Both the position numbers and the translations under genes were made by a program. This document shows, in pieces, positions 51,370 through 63,469 of a stretch of 64,000 nt of DNA. Position 1 is the stretch's first letter, and each line of letters begins with the position of its first letter. The notes under the pieces are model-generated. The model was not told the DNA's origin. It searched no databases and saw only the letters and a program-made list of their open reading frames with translations. The stretch is from positions 2,294,001-2,358,000 of the forward strand of contig JAYWIR010000006.1 of NCBI GenBank assembly GCA_036172245.1, written 5' to 3'. This DNA comes from Raillietiella orientalis. Lineage: Eukaryota.

Positions 51370-54300
51370 CACCGAATACCGGGCTGGGAGCGTGGAACGG
51401 AGCATGCGCTTCCTTGGGCGCGCGGAACGCGAGGAGAGTTCTTCGGCAAGGTTCGCCCATTGCATCTTTTCACGCTCATCGAGTTGAAAGTGAGCGGCCC
51501 TGTGAGGACGGACCGCGAAAGATCGCGACTCGAGAGGGCGCGACTGCTGCTCCTTGGAAGATCAGGTACCACCCGGGAACGAACTCGTCTCGCGGTCTCC
51601 TGGAGACTCTCTCCTTTCTTTTCCATCGAGAGAAGCGTTCCTTCCTGCACTGAAGAAAGTGATGCAGGTCACCCCTCGACGACCGGACCTGGAACCCATT
51701 TCGGGTTCGGGTTGTCCATTGGACGATCAGCACGCGTCTTCCACTTGTGCTCCATTCAATGCAAGCTGTTCGTTGTTTGCTTTCCATTGACTTCTGATGG
51801 TTTCCATGACGACGAAGTAAGGAGCCTTCTCCGACTCCTAGAGGTCCTCCGCTTTGACCCCGCGACCAGAGCCTCCAGTGGCGAGGACGGCCGGCGACCT
51901 CCCGGACTCGTCCCCATGGGGGTGCAGACGGACGTCATCGCCCTCCGGGACGTCGAGGGCGACTTCCCGGGAACCTCCGGAGGCCTGGACCTCGCGTCCT
52001 CATCTAGTCCTTGGTCGATTTTTTCCCATCGTGTCGGGGAAGCGCATCGCACATTCCTGCTCGTCGTCGTGGTATGCCATCCATGGATGACTTCCGTGCA
52101 GTACCTCCCTGGATTCCTGCCCCTCTCCCTAGTATTCAGACGCTGAAAGACTTGTGGGTTGGAGGGTTCTGAGGGTTGTTTATCGATCCAGATGCGCTTA
52201 GAAAAACCAATCATTTTGATGGACAGGTGGATGCACCCTCTGTCTTTGGAATTCCACCCAGCTGTAGTGCCGACCGAAACGGGGAAGACGGCACACACGT
52301 ACACACATCCAGGAGGAGACACCTAATTGGCTTCGTGAAATCGCGAAAATTCTTGCAGGGGGAAGCGTCAACGGGCCAGGCGGCCGGATGGGTAAAAAAA
52401 AAAAAAAACAAAAAACCCCTCAGGGATGGGGAGTTCCTGGAAAGGACGAACAACTTTGCAACGGTGCCTCCCGTTTCAGCACGCTCTCCCAAGTTCGAAT
52501 GTGCGTCGCGAAACGAGAACGCTCTCCAATGGCGATGACGATGACGATGACGATGCATTCGCTCTCGTTGAGGTTCTCTCTCGATCTCAGGAACAGCGAA
52601 ATCACCGAAAGGAAGTTCCGAATTCGGTGGGTGCACGAAGATCAGATCTCTTTTCCCTGCTGCAAAATTTGCCACAGGCAGACATTTCAAGAGGGAGGGT
52701 TTGGCGTTTCGGAAGCCTCGAGCACCCGCTGCTGCAAACCTTCTTCTTGGACTGGCACTGGAGTGAGTGGTTTTGTGGTTGGATTTTCTCGATCGGATTG
52801 CATCGAACGGGAATGTTTTGCGGGCACTTCCTTGGTATCCCGGAATCCAAACTCTTGCGCGAGACGTGACGCCCACGCAGGAGCCCACCGCCAGTCGCTC
52901 TGGCTGTTGCGGCTCGCCGTGCATCATCGTGTGTAGCTGCAGTTTCGTTTCTTGCAAATCAAATGGACCAAATTGGCGAGCTGAGGTTGAACATCCATCA
53001 TTTGTTCCAAAACCAAGCATGAGAAATGTCAGTGGTCCGAGTCCACTTGCGGTTTTCGATTTCTTCTTTGTATTCGTACGAGGCAGTACAAGAAATACAG
53101 TGATACGCTCAGTAGTCTGGAAAGGCCTGCCAGATTGACGTATGAAAGATGTGTGTGTGCATGAGTGCATATCCATACATAAATACAAGATAAGGTGTAG
53201 ATTTCATGATGTCGATGTGCTCCTTTTACAATCATTTTTCATCATCGTTACTCTGATGTTTTCATCCGCATCTCTACTTAAAAGTAACAATCCTTGGAAA
53301 ACCTGGCGGTGTGCTAAAAGCATCAAGAAAGCACGGCAAACACTAGCTCCAAAAATTGATTTAAAAAATCACGCTCGGAGCTGCTGCAGTCTAAGAGATG
53401 GTTTGGAGAGAGTAAATTGGAATTTCTTGCGACACACTACTTACCAGCTCTCTCAAACGGTTGGCAGCTGGAGGACACACGCCCTGATCACCGAAACAGC
53501 TCTTCTGAGTGGCACACTGCGCCTCAGACAATGGAGCCGCAATATCTTCAAACAAGAGGTTGAGCTGTGTTGATCTCCCGTTTGAGATTTGGGAGCCTTC
53601 CGTAATGCAAAAGAATGTGAGATAGCGAGCGCGCCGACACAGCGTCTTTCAGGAGCTCAGCGTCCGGAGCACCACGACCTCCAAGCAAACGCTGAAGCTG
53701 GCGCCGGCGAATCTCTCGACGCCGTTAGCCGCTGTTCCGGACTTGGGAGAGATCCCGACCTGAGTGGTCTGTGGACCCTTCCCCTCAACTTGCTTTTTCT
53801 TCGGTTGGGAACACATTTCCCAACTGGTTTGTTTTGACTAAACACACGCCCCGGCGTGACCCGGTGATAAACGGCAGTAGGCAGTCTGCTCTGTCATTCT
53901 GACCTACACAATGCTCGCAGCGTCGGTAGCGAACGCCCTTGCTCGAAACAAACTCCCCCGCTGAAATGTCAATTCGTCGAGGAAGGAAGCTTGGACGTCT
54001 GCAGAAGTTCGCGTTGCTGCACTTGCAATCGAACGGCGAATCCTCCACGCTGCTAATAGCTCTTCGGAAATGCAGGCGTTCCTCAGTGTGGCGGGCAATT
54101 GCCAGCAACGATTCGCCGTTCTTCGGCGGCAGCAATGGCGCCGTTTTGTTCCTCTTCTTCACGAACGATTCACTTTCGTTTTTACCAAAGGGTAATCGGT
54201 GAATCATCGAAAAATAAACAACTGAAACAAAAGTTGCGCCGCAGATCCAACGATAGGTTATCTGCGAGCATCTCCAAATGCCTTGCACTTTCGAAGAGGG

Positions 54301-55000
54301 GTACTCGAAGAATTACTAAGCGCAACTGCGTCATCGCGAAAAGGTGACCATGGTTCTCTCACAAAGGGGAGAAACGAAGCCACTTTGCGATCGCGACTGC
54401 TCCTGACACTCTGTAGCTCACTTGTCCAGGAAAGAAGTTGTTTTGATTCGTTTCACTTGTGAGAGGAGAACAGAGAGGAAGGGTGAAATGCGTTCCGTGG
54501 TGGATAGCAAGGCTCATGAAGATCAAGCTCCTCAGCACCAAAGCTCCAGTGCAGAGAACGAAGAAACACCCCCCTGGCACGTTTGCGTTGCTAGGAAGAT
54601 GCTCCTTTTGTTTTAGAAGTCACTGTAGTGCCTGTTCCTTTGGCCATGTCCTTCTCAAAATCAGCGCGTGGCATCCTCATCTGCCGAGGTCACCTCCAAA
54701 GATTCCGGGTCGCTGAAACGCTACGCGGAGTCTCTGGAGCACAAGCACAGGCTACAGATATTTTGCAGCAATTCTTTGGACATTCGTCGGAGAGACTCCA
54801 AGAAATTATCACTGAGACTCCTACTTATTATCAGGGATCCCAATGCGAAAAGTAGGGAGGGATTCGCAAAGGTTGAAACCTCTGCTCTGCGGATCCTAAA
54901 TCCTCATAGCGCTTTCTCTGAATACTGCTTGAAAATTGGCTCCTTGGGTCGAGTTCTGGTTCTTCTGATGCATATCTGGAAGATTCCAGTTCGAGGGGTC
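51370..55000 (+). mobile_element. Decayed, roughly full-length RTE-like retrotransposon ORF (APE + RT), interrupted by an insertion
   Basis: APE-like: RIPGWERGT (cf. RIGTWNVRT), LIELKVSG, VVCFPLTSDGFHDDEVRSLL (cf. QVYAPTSxxxDDEVExFY), TYTHPGG/HLIGFV (cf. TWxxPxG...IDYI). Linker: LRQWSRNIF. RT-like: ILTYTMLAASVANAL, IRRGRK, KRNCVIA (cf. RQGCVIAP), C*EDA (cf. YADD), TYYQGS (cf. YLGS). Confidence 0.5.
52560..53130 (-). mobile_element. LINE APE-endonuclease relic nested antisense within the RTE-like relic
   Basis: TFLMLGFGTNDG...FGPFDLQETKL...AVGSCVGV in ORF 52211-53188 (cf. WNxNG...DIICLQETKL...GGVA). Confidence 0.4.
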
Positions 55001-55399
55001 GCTTATGTTATAAACCTATTCGAACTGAGGAGGCGAGTCATTTCCAAACACCCGGTTGCTGGGAACCATTAAATAGATTGCTCATCACACACACACACGA
55101 GGAGCAGAAAAATTCTGATCGACTGAGAGATCCAGCTGACATTGAAGTTATCGAGTTCCATTCGTCTTTATACCGATTTCACAGTGAAACGGAAAACATC
55201 ACTGTCCCAGTTCGTAGCAGCAGAAAGCGGATTATAAATACCATCCCTCGAAGGTACACATCGAAATGCCGCCGCATGAAATATGTATTTTTTTTTTCGT
55301 GTCAGTCGCCAGCAAACAGACGCCTGGTAGGCAACAAGGTTTCAATCCGAGAATTTTGAGGAGAATGCTGAACGAAAGGCGATGCTGTCGATAGCGCTA

Positions 55400-55900
55400 G
55401 GTTTCTTCTCCTATATTCCCTTTGCAGATGACACCTGCCATCTATAGAGGGGATGACTGATTCTCGCGGTTGCGCAACCGAAAGGAGCGGAGTGGATCAT
55501 AAACAGAAACGCAAGAGTTGGACGATGAGCTCTTTCTGTAACTGCAGACGTGTGATTCACCGAATCATAGATAATCTTGTCACAGTAGCGCGGACTTCCG
55601 CAGACATGCATCACAAAGTCAGTTTGTCTTTCCTTTCTTGTCTTTTGCTTCCCGTGATCACCAAGTCCGCCACCGCCCTGGAACACTGATGCTCCTCAGA
55701 TAGCAAGAAATTTGAAACTGCTGTCCAGGATACGTTCGGAACACATTTATCTTGCGAATGATACCCCCAATCGACTCCGCTTGATGTGCAAAGTCCATGG
55801 CTTGTTGTGTAAATAGGTGTGCCTTGAAAATTATATTGGCACCCCCGAAGTTGGCATTCCGGATACGAACCTGTAACAAAGTTCACATGAAAAAAGGAGA
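55400..55900 (-). mobile_element. Possible decayed LINE RT fragment
   Basis: GANIIFKAHLFTQQAMD, LLSEE, DLVITGSK and YCDKII occur in the order expected for QGxxxSPxLF, LxFADD, GLxINxxK and YLGxxI. Confidence 0.3.
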
Positions 55901-58900
55901 AATAAATAAGCATGTGCAAGAAGACGAGGAATAAACTTGGTTATCATGATCAGCATGAAAGTTTCTTCTAATTAATTGCTGATTCGATTTGTGCTCATCG
56001 TTTCAGCCCTTGCTCTTTAACAAACGAGTAATGTGCGCAAACTTGGATTCAAAATCTTATTCTGTGCCCTTCAATGCATTAATGTATACAATGTATTGTC
56101 AATACTATTCATACAAGTATGCATTTGAATACTGAGTGAGTTCTGCGTTCTAAGTTTTTGCGTATGAATAAGCTCACAGCACGACGCATTTACCTTTCTA
56201 CCACAAAGCACGAAGGACCGCCGATTTCTTTACATGTTAGCGCTCCTGACCGGATGTTCTACTCGATCTTTTTCAGCTCATCACTGGAATGCAAAAAAAG
56301 AAAAAAGAGAGAAACATCAAGTTTCCATTTTTTCATTGGGTTCCTCTTATGATTTGGGCTGGAAGATATCAATGGAATTCAGAGCAATACGTAATCCGGA
56401 AAAGCAAAAAAAAAATCATGCTTCCACCTGTAGCACCCTCCTCCTTAACGATGTACATCGATAGTAGAATTCCAAAAGCATTCGCAAACAATCACTAAAA
56501 GGCACTAAAGGAAAGCAGGAAGAAGCAACTAGCATTCGGAGCTTCCGCAGCGAAAGTCACGTAATAGCCGAGCTTCATAGAGAAATTCATTCCGAGGGAA
56601 AAGGATCTATCTGTATTGATGTTTGCCCATTTGCAGTCCTTCGATCCTGTCTGTCTGCAGTTGAGACTCGTCTCGAATTCCCGGAGTGAAAATGCTCGGG
56701 ACTTCCGAGACGGGGAAATACTTCTGGAAGCTTTGTTCTTTGAAAAGCACCTGGGCGCTATGAAGTACTATGACGAAAGTCTACCCCCTTTCTGTCAGTT
56801 ATATGGTTCTTGCTAAAGACGAGTAAAGGAAGAGCTCATAATTTCCGTAGGTTCGGGGCTTTCTGGAAACTTTCCACAAAGTGCTGTTTGCAGCTCACGA
56901 CGACGACCGTGTCGGCTACACCTCAGCACGCCGGTGACAACGCGGTGCACGCACGGAAGAGCTCGGTCGAGGGGCAACCCTGATGCAGCAGAGAACGCAG
57001 GATTTAACGAAATACTGTCCGGGTTGCCTCCTCCTCCTCCTTTCAAGGAAAGTAAGGGAAGGCGCCCAAGCTTTACAGTCAAGGGGTAAATGGCCGAAAT
57101 CTCTATGATTTGACAATTTCACTTTCCATGAACTTGCTATCCGAAGTTCGACACCAGCACCTGCTTACTGTTACATGCCCAACGTTACTTCACATCTGTG
57201 GAATAGTTTTCATAAGGACATTTGCATACTTTAGGGGAAAACGAACGGAGGCACAAAGCATGAACCTCGGGTAAACTGGCTGCCAATCCGAGCTGGTAAC
57301 TCATGTCAACAGCACTTGTTTTTCTGGGAATTTTCACTTTCACTAACAGGAATCTTGCTGTGCCAAGTGCTTTGCACACTGTCTTGGCCAACTGCCTAGC
57401 AAGCTTGAGGGCGATTTCCCACAAATGCTCATGCACTGGTCCATTTTTTTAAAAAAACAAAACAAAACAAAACAAAAAAATTCACTGGGCTTGGCCAATA
57501 ATTGATTTCCCTGATACAAAGCTTCACATTTATTTTTCATACATTTTGCTACTCTTTAGTACTGCTCCAACTTTAACGCTATCGCTGCTTGCCACCAGCA
57601 TGATCACTTTTATGCAGTCCTTTGAGTACACTGACTCTTGACATCGAATCTTTTCTTCTTTGTGCCACATCAGTTTCGAATTGAGAGAAAGCGGAAAACT
57701 AGTAACTGCACTTCATTACAATCTTCCTTACTCAGAAATCATCAAGGCATTTTTCATTTTCAGCCCTGCAGTCCTGGTGCATCAATACTGGGTGGGTTTG
57801 CCGATTTTTTATTCATTTCACAGCAGGGCATTTTCAAATATAAACTAGCTCCTTTAAATAGGAATTTCCTTAGAATTCCACTTGCATAGCGTCTGCAGTT
57901 TTAGAGTTAATGCAACAAAGGGGGATGCACCAGTGTTGCTGGTGCATCTCACTTTGGATATCCCTTTTAATACAAATTACTCGCTTTTTCAAGTACTTTC
58001 CTGCAACTAGCATCTAGTTTTGAAATGCTTGTCATCTTCGAAATTACCCCCATTTGTCTCTTGCCTAAAAAAATTATTTCATTTACCATTTTAAATTTTG
58101 TAAACTCCAGCTGCTAGTTTCTTTTTTCCATGATACCTCATGGTGAATGAGGTGCATTTTGTTTCAAGGAATGGTATAGCTGTTCATGAGTTGTTAATAT
58201 ATCAGATCACACGCTTGTATTGAGAAAGAACTATGTGAACTCCCCAAACTTTGTCTTCATTGATATATGCTACTTGGTTGAGCAAACTGTAAGACATGGT
58301 AATTCTGTTTTTTAAAAAAATGCATTAAATTTGTTCAGTCTGTTCACATTGAATTCATCACTTAATGAAGAAATCATACTTCATCAGGATCTTTGATAGA
58401 GTGTGATTATCACTTAATGAAGAAAAGTCATTCAAAAAGTGATTTTAGGACGTAAGTAATCAAAACATGCGCATCAGATACAGTCCTACACTTTGATCTT
58501 AACCAAAAGGCATCAAATGAAGTCCTATGTGTGAACAATTCACACAATGCAGCTGTCAAAATAAAAATAAGCATTCTTAAATGATGGTACTCCTGGGAAT
58601 CCTCTGAAAATAAATTTTGTCAAATGTTTTAAACAAAGTGCGGTGCAAACGAATTTGTTACATTTATGCAGATTTTTTGCTCCATTGTGAAAATTAACAA
58701 ATCAAACCTTGCATTCTTGAATCATTTACTTAACCAAAACTCTTCATATTTACCATATTCGTAAATGCATTTGCCACCTTCACATACAGGTAGCAATACA
58801 TTTGTTTATGATACGATCTCGTAAATTTCATGCACTGAGGATTTTTAAAATCCATGCCACTAATGAGTAGCTCTTAATTCGTACATGAAATCGGTCATGG

Positions 58901-59373
58901 CTTTTTGCAACACCTTCCATCTTGATATTTGGGAGCAGTAATATGATAACTTTTAACTGGGAAATACTGGTTATGTAGTGGTTAAACTTTGTATGTTCAT
59001 GGTCCATGCAACTTACAATATGCAAGAATTCATCTAGATGCACACTCCCTTAACATATTTAAACATTTCATATTCAAAAACAGAGATAAAAACAAAAGTA
59101 CACGATTGGCTGCTGCTTGTTACCTTCAGTGAATTAAGATTTTTCATCATGTAAAAAAGAATCTAATGAACTGCAAGAATATGACATGTCTTACATTCCA
59201 TGTAAATACCAGTCACATGACATAATTTATGTACAAATTACATTCTGCAGCTCCCTTTATAAGATAAAAAGGCATCTGGAGATTTCTCATTTACAAGATC
59301 CCAATAAGAATTCTTGCATAATGGGACTCCTAATCACATTGTGGCATTGCTGATTCACAAGTGCTTAAGGAAC

Positions 59374-59379
59374 TTTATT
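59374..59379 (-). promoter_or_regulatory. Candidate polyadenylation signal of the syntaxin gene
   Basis: tttatt on + (AATAAA on -) lies ~170 nt downstream of the stop codon. Confidence 0.3.
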
Positions 59380-59546
59380 ACAGTCTGCAGAAGAAGAATA
59401 GGGGATGTGCAGGCTCTGCCTTCCACATTAAGCATGACAGAAGGCTCAGCAACCAAACAAAGACTGGCAGATTAACCACTGACATGATGCAGCCAGTAAG
59501 AGGACCACATGCCTCGACCATAATATCTCTGCCAATAAGAGGCAAA

Positions 59547-60710
59547 TTAAGTTAAGTTCCATGTGATGATTCCAATGATGACCACCAAAAGGAGAATGAG
59601 AACCACAACAATAATAATTGTACGCTTGCGGGCTCGGTTCTAAAGATGCATGGAGACAAACACAATGGGTAAAGATAAAATACCTGATAACGGCTAGCCT
59701 CTCCAAGTTGATTGGTACCCATGTTGACAGCAACATGAGTTGCTTCTATGTTGGCCTCAATACTGTCTACTCCACTACTTTGCTCATGAACCACCTTAGC
59801 CAAATCTCTGAATATTTGATTTACATCATCAATGTCTGACTGGAAGTTTTTTCCATAATCTTATTTAGTAAGATGTTACAAACCTCTAGCTGACGGATAG
59901 CTCTCTCTCTCTCTTGCAAAGATTCCACATTGACATCTTCCTGCAATTGATCAGCAGTCTGTGCTGATCCTTCCATTTCAATGAGATCATTGCTGATCCC
60001 ACTTTTATCTTGGGAACCTATGCTTATTTGTCAGCAAGTATCATGCTTTTCTTGTTACCTTCCAAACGAGGAAATCCTTGCTGACTAGCACGTGCCTTCT
60101 TTACTGCTTCTTTTTCTTTTTGTGCAGCCAAGCGTTGAGACTGTTGAAAGTTGTTTAAGATGGCTGTGAAGTCATTGGTGAGGCGTTCTTTTTGTAACTT
60201 GAACTGTCTCTGAAGTAACATTAGCTGCATTCATCAAACACTGGAGATACCTGCTCAGATGCCTTTCCAGGAGGAATGATAGTTTGTAACTCCTTCAACT
60301 GAAGAGTAGTATCTTTGGCCAGTTGACCTGTATAGTGTTGAACCTGATTTCTGAAAAACAGTCCAGCTTAAGTATGAAGCTAGTGATCGAATTTTTCCCC
60401 CAAGTGATCTCATGAGCACATGACGAGATGCATTTGTTGATAGTAACAACTACATATCTTAGTGATTACAGATCATACACAAAAACTTACAGCTGATCTC
60501 GTAGGCTAGAAGTATCTTGGGTAGTATCCAGCTGAGCCACCATACGCTGAATGGAAGACACTGGAAGAAATCTATGACACAAGTCCAGTGATTTTTGTGC
60601 ATACCATTTTGAGAAATCTTCTGAATATTGCTGCTAATACTTTGCACTAATCTTTGGAAATCAGTCTCCCAAAGAGTGCTACCACTCTGATAACCATAAT
60701 CACCAGACAT
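59547..60710 (-). CDS. Syx7: Syntaxin-7/12(13) family endosomal Qa-SNARE, 7 coding exons: 60710-60605, 60560-60491, 60350-60251, 60209-60059, 60017-59884, 59839-59684, 59639-59547 (810 nt, 269 aa)
   Basis: Manual splicing at GT-AG sites gives an uninterrupted frame. Habc-like N-terminus: DFQRLVQSISSNIQKISQNVSSIQRMVAQLDTTQDTSSLRDQLNQVQHYTGQLAKDT...KLQKERLTNDFTAILNNFQQSQRLAAQKEK. SNARE motif: [42 protein letters not shown], with the zero-layer Q. C-terminal TM: RKRTIIIVVVLILLLVVIIGIITWNLT*. STX7 versus STX12 orthology is not resolved. Confidence 0.93.
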
Positions 60711-60721
60711 GCTGCTTAGAA

Positions 60722-60770
60722 CTGAATTTTCAATTGTGATGCACTTTTTGTAAACCTATGGTTAGCTTAC
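60722..60770 (-). other. Probable 49-nt 5'UTR intron of the syntaxin gene
   Basis: On the minus strand, donor G|GTAAGC is at 60770 and acceptor aaattcAG ends at 60722, 11 nt before the ATG. The size class matches the coding introns. Confidence 0.5.
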
Positions 60771-61361
60771 CCACTCCCTGCAAGCAAGCTAACAACCAAA
60801 CATTTTATCATCACAGTTTTCAGTTCATACTGTACATAATTTACTACGAGAAACAAATAGGCATAAAGGGAAACATTAAATCTGCACGAATAAAAAAACA
60901 CACACACACACACAAAAAAAACAAAAACATCGACACTGTGCTTCTTGAAATCTCCAATTGCACTTTTTTTGTTAGGTTGTTTCCCCAAATCTGACATTCA
61001 TAGTCTCTTTAATTTGATCACTTTAAAACAATAACAATTGCAATCAAACAACAATCGAATACTGTTGGAAAACTGCACAGAGATTAGTAGTCAATATTTG
61101 CCTGGTTTCTATGACATACACTATGCAGCAGCAATATGGTATAATTATTGATTTTTCAATTAAGTGAATTAAATAACCCTTGCATACGCCACATTTCAAG
61201 GCTCTTGATTATATCATTCAATGCATAAAATGTACCAATGCTCAAAAATTTCTCACTACATAGGTAAATATTTATTCCTTATAGATGTTACATATAATTA
61301 ATACAAGTACTTGGCTGGTATAAACAGTATGCACCATTCATCAATAAGTGAAGGAAAACTA

Positions 61362-61415
61362 CAAAAAAAATTCAATCGCATAATGATTCAAAATTATGCG
61401 ATTGAATTTTTTTTG
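61362..61415. repeat. Perfect inverted repeat, 23-bp stem, 8-nt loop
   Basis: CAAAAAAAATTCAATCGCATAAT (61362-61384), loop gattcaaa, ATTATGCGATTGAATTTTTTTTG (61393-61415). Confidence 0.95.
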
Positions 61416-62299
61416 CAAAATCAATTGCTTAATAGTGCTATGTGTCTATATGCTATGTATTTACATATGCAAAACTTCAAATTTTTATCTTTGTTTTTAA
61501 AGCCAGCTGTTCCACTTCAAAATGCTGTCCATTGAAAACCCATCATCCTAAATTTGGTTTATTACGTAAAGCGGATCGATTCACAGAAAATGCTTAGCTT
61601 GCATACCGGTTGAAAAACTTATACTGAAATTTACATTATGCATCATACATTCCTGGCACAGGTATAACAATTTAAACACTTTTTGAAATTACAGGCATGC
61701 GCTTAATTCGTACGGGGAACTGAACCTAATATTAAATTGAATACCATGCTAATAACTCAGTATTTTTGATGAAAGTGTTTGGATGTTAAGTTCTGGCCTA
61801 TCGATCAACCAACTATTTGGTTGTCCCATACAGATAACATATGTTTTTAAAGCATTTGAAACTTGATCTTAACAGTACCACGATTGGAAATCCCGCTTAG
61901 CAGCTGTGGCTGCACCACACAATCCAATGTTTGCATGTTTCCGACAAGCAACTCTTTTTTTTTTTTGTTTCTTTTTTTAGAGATTACACAAAGGTGCACC
62001 ACCAATTGCTACCAGGACACAGCTGATTTCGCCCACCAACACGATTGCCAGTGCGGATCGCATTCGCCGAATGACTCACATTCCTGCATCAAAGCCGGTG
62101 GTCCACCGTGGTTTCGTGTGCCCGTAGATCCCAAGTTTTGCGATGAAATTATTTACTGGCGGAGCATCACATCATCGTTCTTACAACGCTGTTCATTCAC
62201 CCAAACGACCGCAAGGTCACCAAACGTGTTTCCAGGAAGCGTAGAGCGCACGTGATGAACAGTCTCACACATTCAAGAGATGATGCGTAGTAACTGAAT

Positions 62300-63190
62300 T
62301 CTTCGATGCCGGATCCAGATCACCTACGCTTGTATTGTAGGGGGCTAATGTTCTGGAGGTACACATCCTACAGTGCAGCAGATCGTGTACGCATTAGTTA
62401 CCGCTTCTTTGAAGGGAAAAACAAAAACGAAAACGGTGCTGAACGCATGAATCATTTAAGCCACCGTCATCCTTCATTCTTTTCAACTGGATTCATCAGT
62501 TCTCTCCATGTACCAGTAGAGTCATATTTTGGTTCTTCTCGAAAGAGGTCAAAAAAAATACTATGTATATGTTTATGCACATGCAAGTATTTGCTTATGC
62601 GTTTTACGTTTCATTAAGTAATGAAAAGCCGACATAAAGGTCAGAGAAATGACCATAAACATCGAAACGTGATGAGCATAAATATCAAACGTTTCTCGCA
62701 AATCCACGCTCACACCGATCAGGATTAAGAAACAATGGTGTCATTAAATTTAAATCCCTTATGTAAAATGGACTTGATCAGCAGAATAGACAGTACTATA
62801 AACTTGGAATAATCAATACTTATTGCTCAGGCACAATGACGGTAACAGTAGATTGGGGAGAATACACTTATTTTCAGAGCCTCGAAGGTTCAACAGTCAT
62901 ATGGTGCCATCCTTTTCATTCGTGAAGAAACCAACACCTCTAAAGTGAGCAATTAATGGAAATTGAAATCAAATCAACAACAAAAAAAGAAAAGTGCCTG
63001 TTTCTTTTGAACGAGTTCCTGAACAAGTTCCTTTTGAAACCTGGATGTTCCACCTGACCGCTTTGATCCATTTACTTTGAAACGGAGTCAAAAGCTCCAG
63101 AGAAATTGTGGCAAGGCGTGCGGAATGAAAGTTTTTCCCGTCATCTTCCCGGCGTTCCAATATGCAAAACGCAAATTCCCCTACGCGGTT
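62300..63190 (-). mobile_element. Decayed RTE-like APE endonuclease region
   Basis: In the correct order: NLRFAYWNAGKMTGK (cf. LRIGTWNVGTMTGK), LELLTPFQSKW...CSGTRSKETGTFLFL (cf. DILxVQETKW...xGxxxxxxGVGIxL), VYSPQ (cf. AYAPQ), IRDLN (cf. GDLN). Confidence 0.55.
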
Positions 63191-63469
63191 TTCTGCCAAG
63201 GCAGCAGCGAACATTCTGTTTTTCATTGGAAACACTGTTTCACTGTTCCCACTTGCTGTTTTATGGATTGATTAAGAAATTATGCTTATTCACTTCAGTT
63301 GGAATTCTCTTTTCATTTTAAATGAACTGTAGGCGAGAGCAAAAAGAAGGATAGAGCAAATTTTCGAATTGTAATCTTCAAACACAAAAAACAAGGATAT
63401 CGTTTAATATGGTTTCCTGGATTCCACGTTTAGCTCATGGGTGTCCCGGGAAAGTGCTTTCGTTATCAA

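Noticed and set aside
58357..58425. 17-nt direct repeat ATCACTTAATGAAGAAA as a target-site duplication
   Set aside because: The copies are only ~52 nt apart with no recognisable insert, so a local slippage duplication is more likely.
56600..59050. Further LINE relics (FDPVCLQL, LPPPPPF, NSFAPHF-like motifs)
   Set aside because: The similarity is too weak to call by eye and needs a profile-HMM search.
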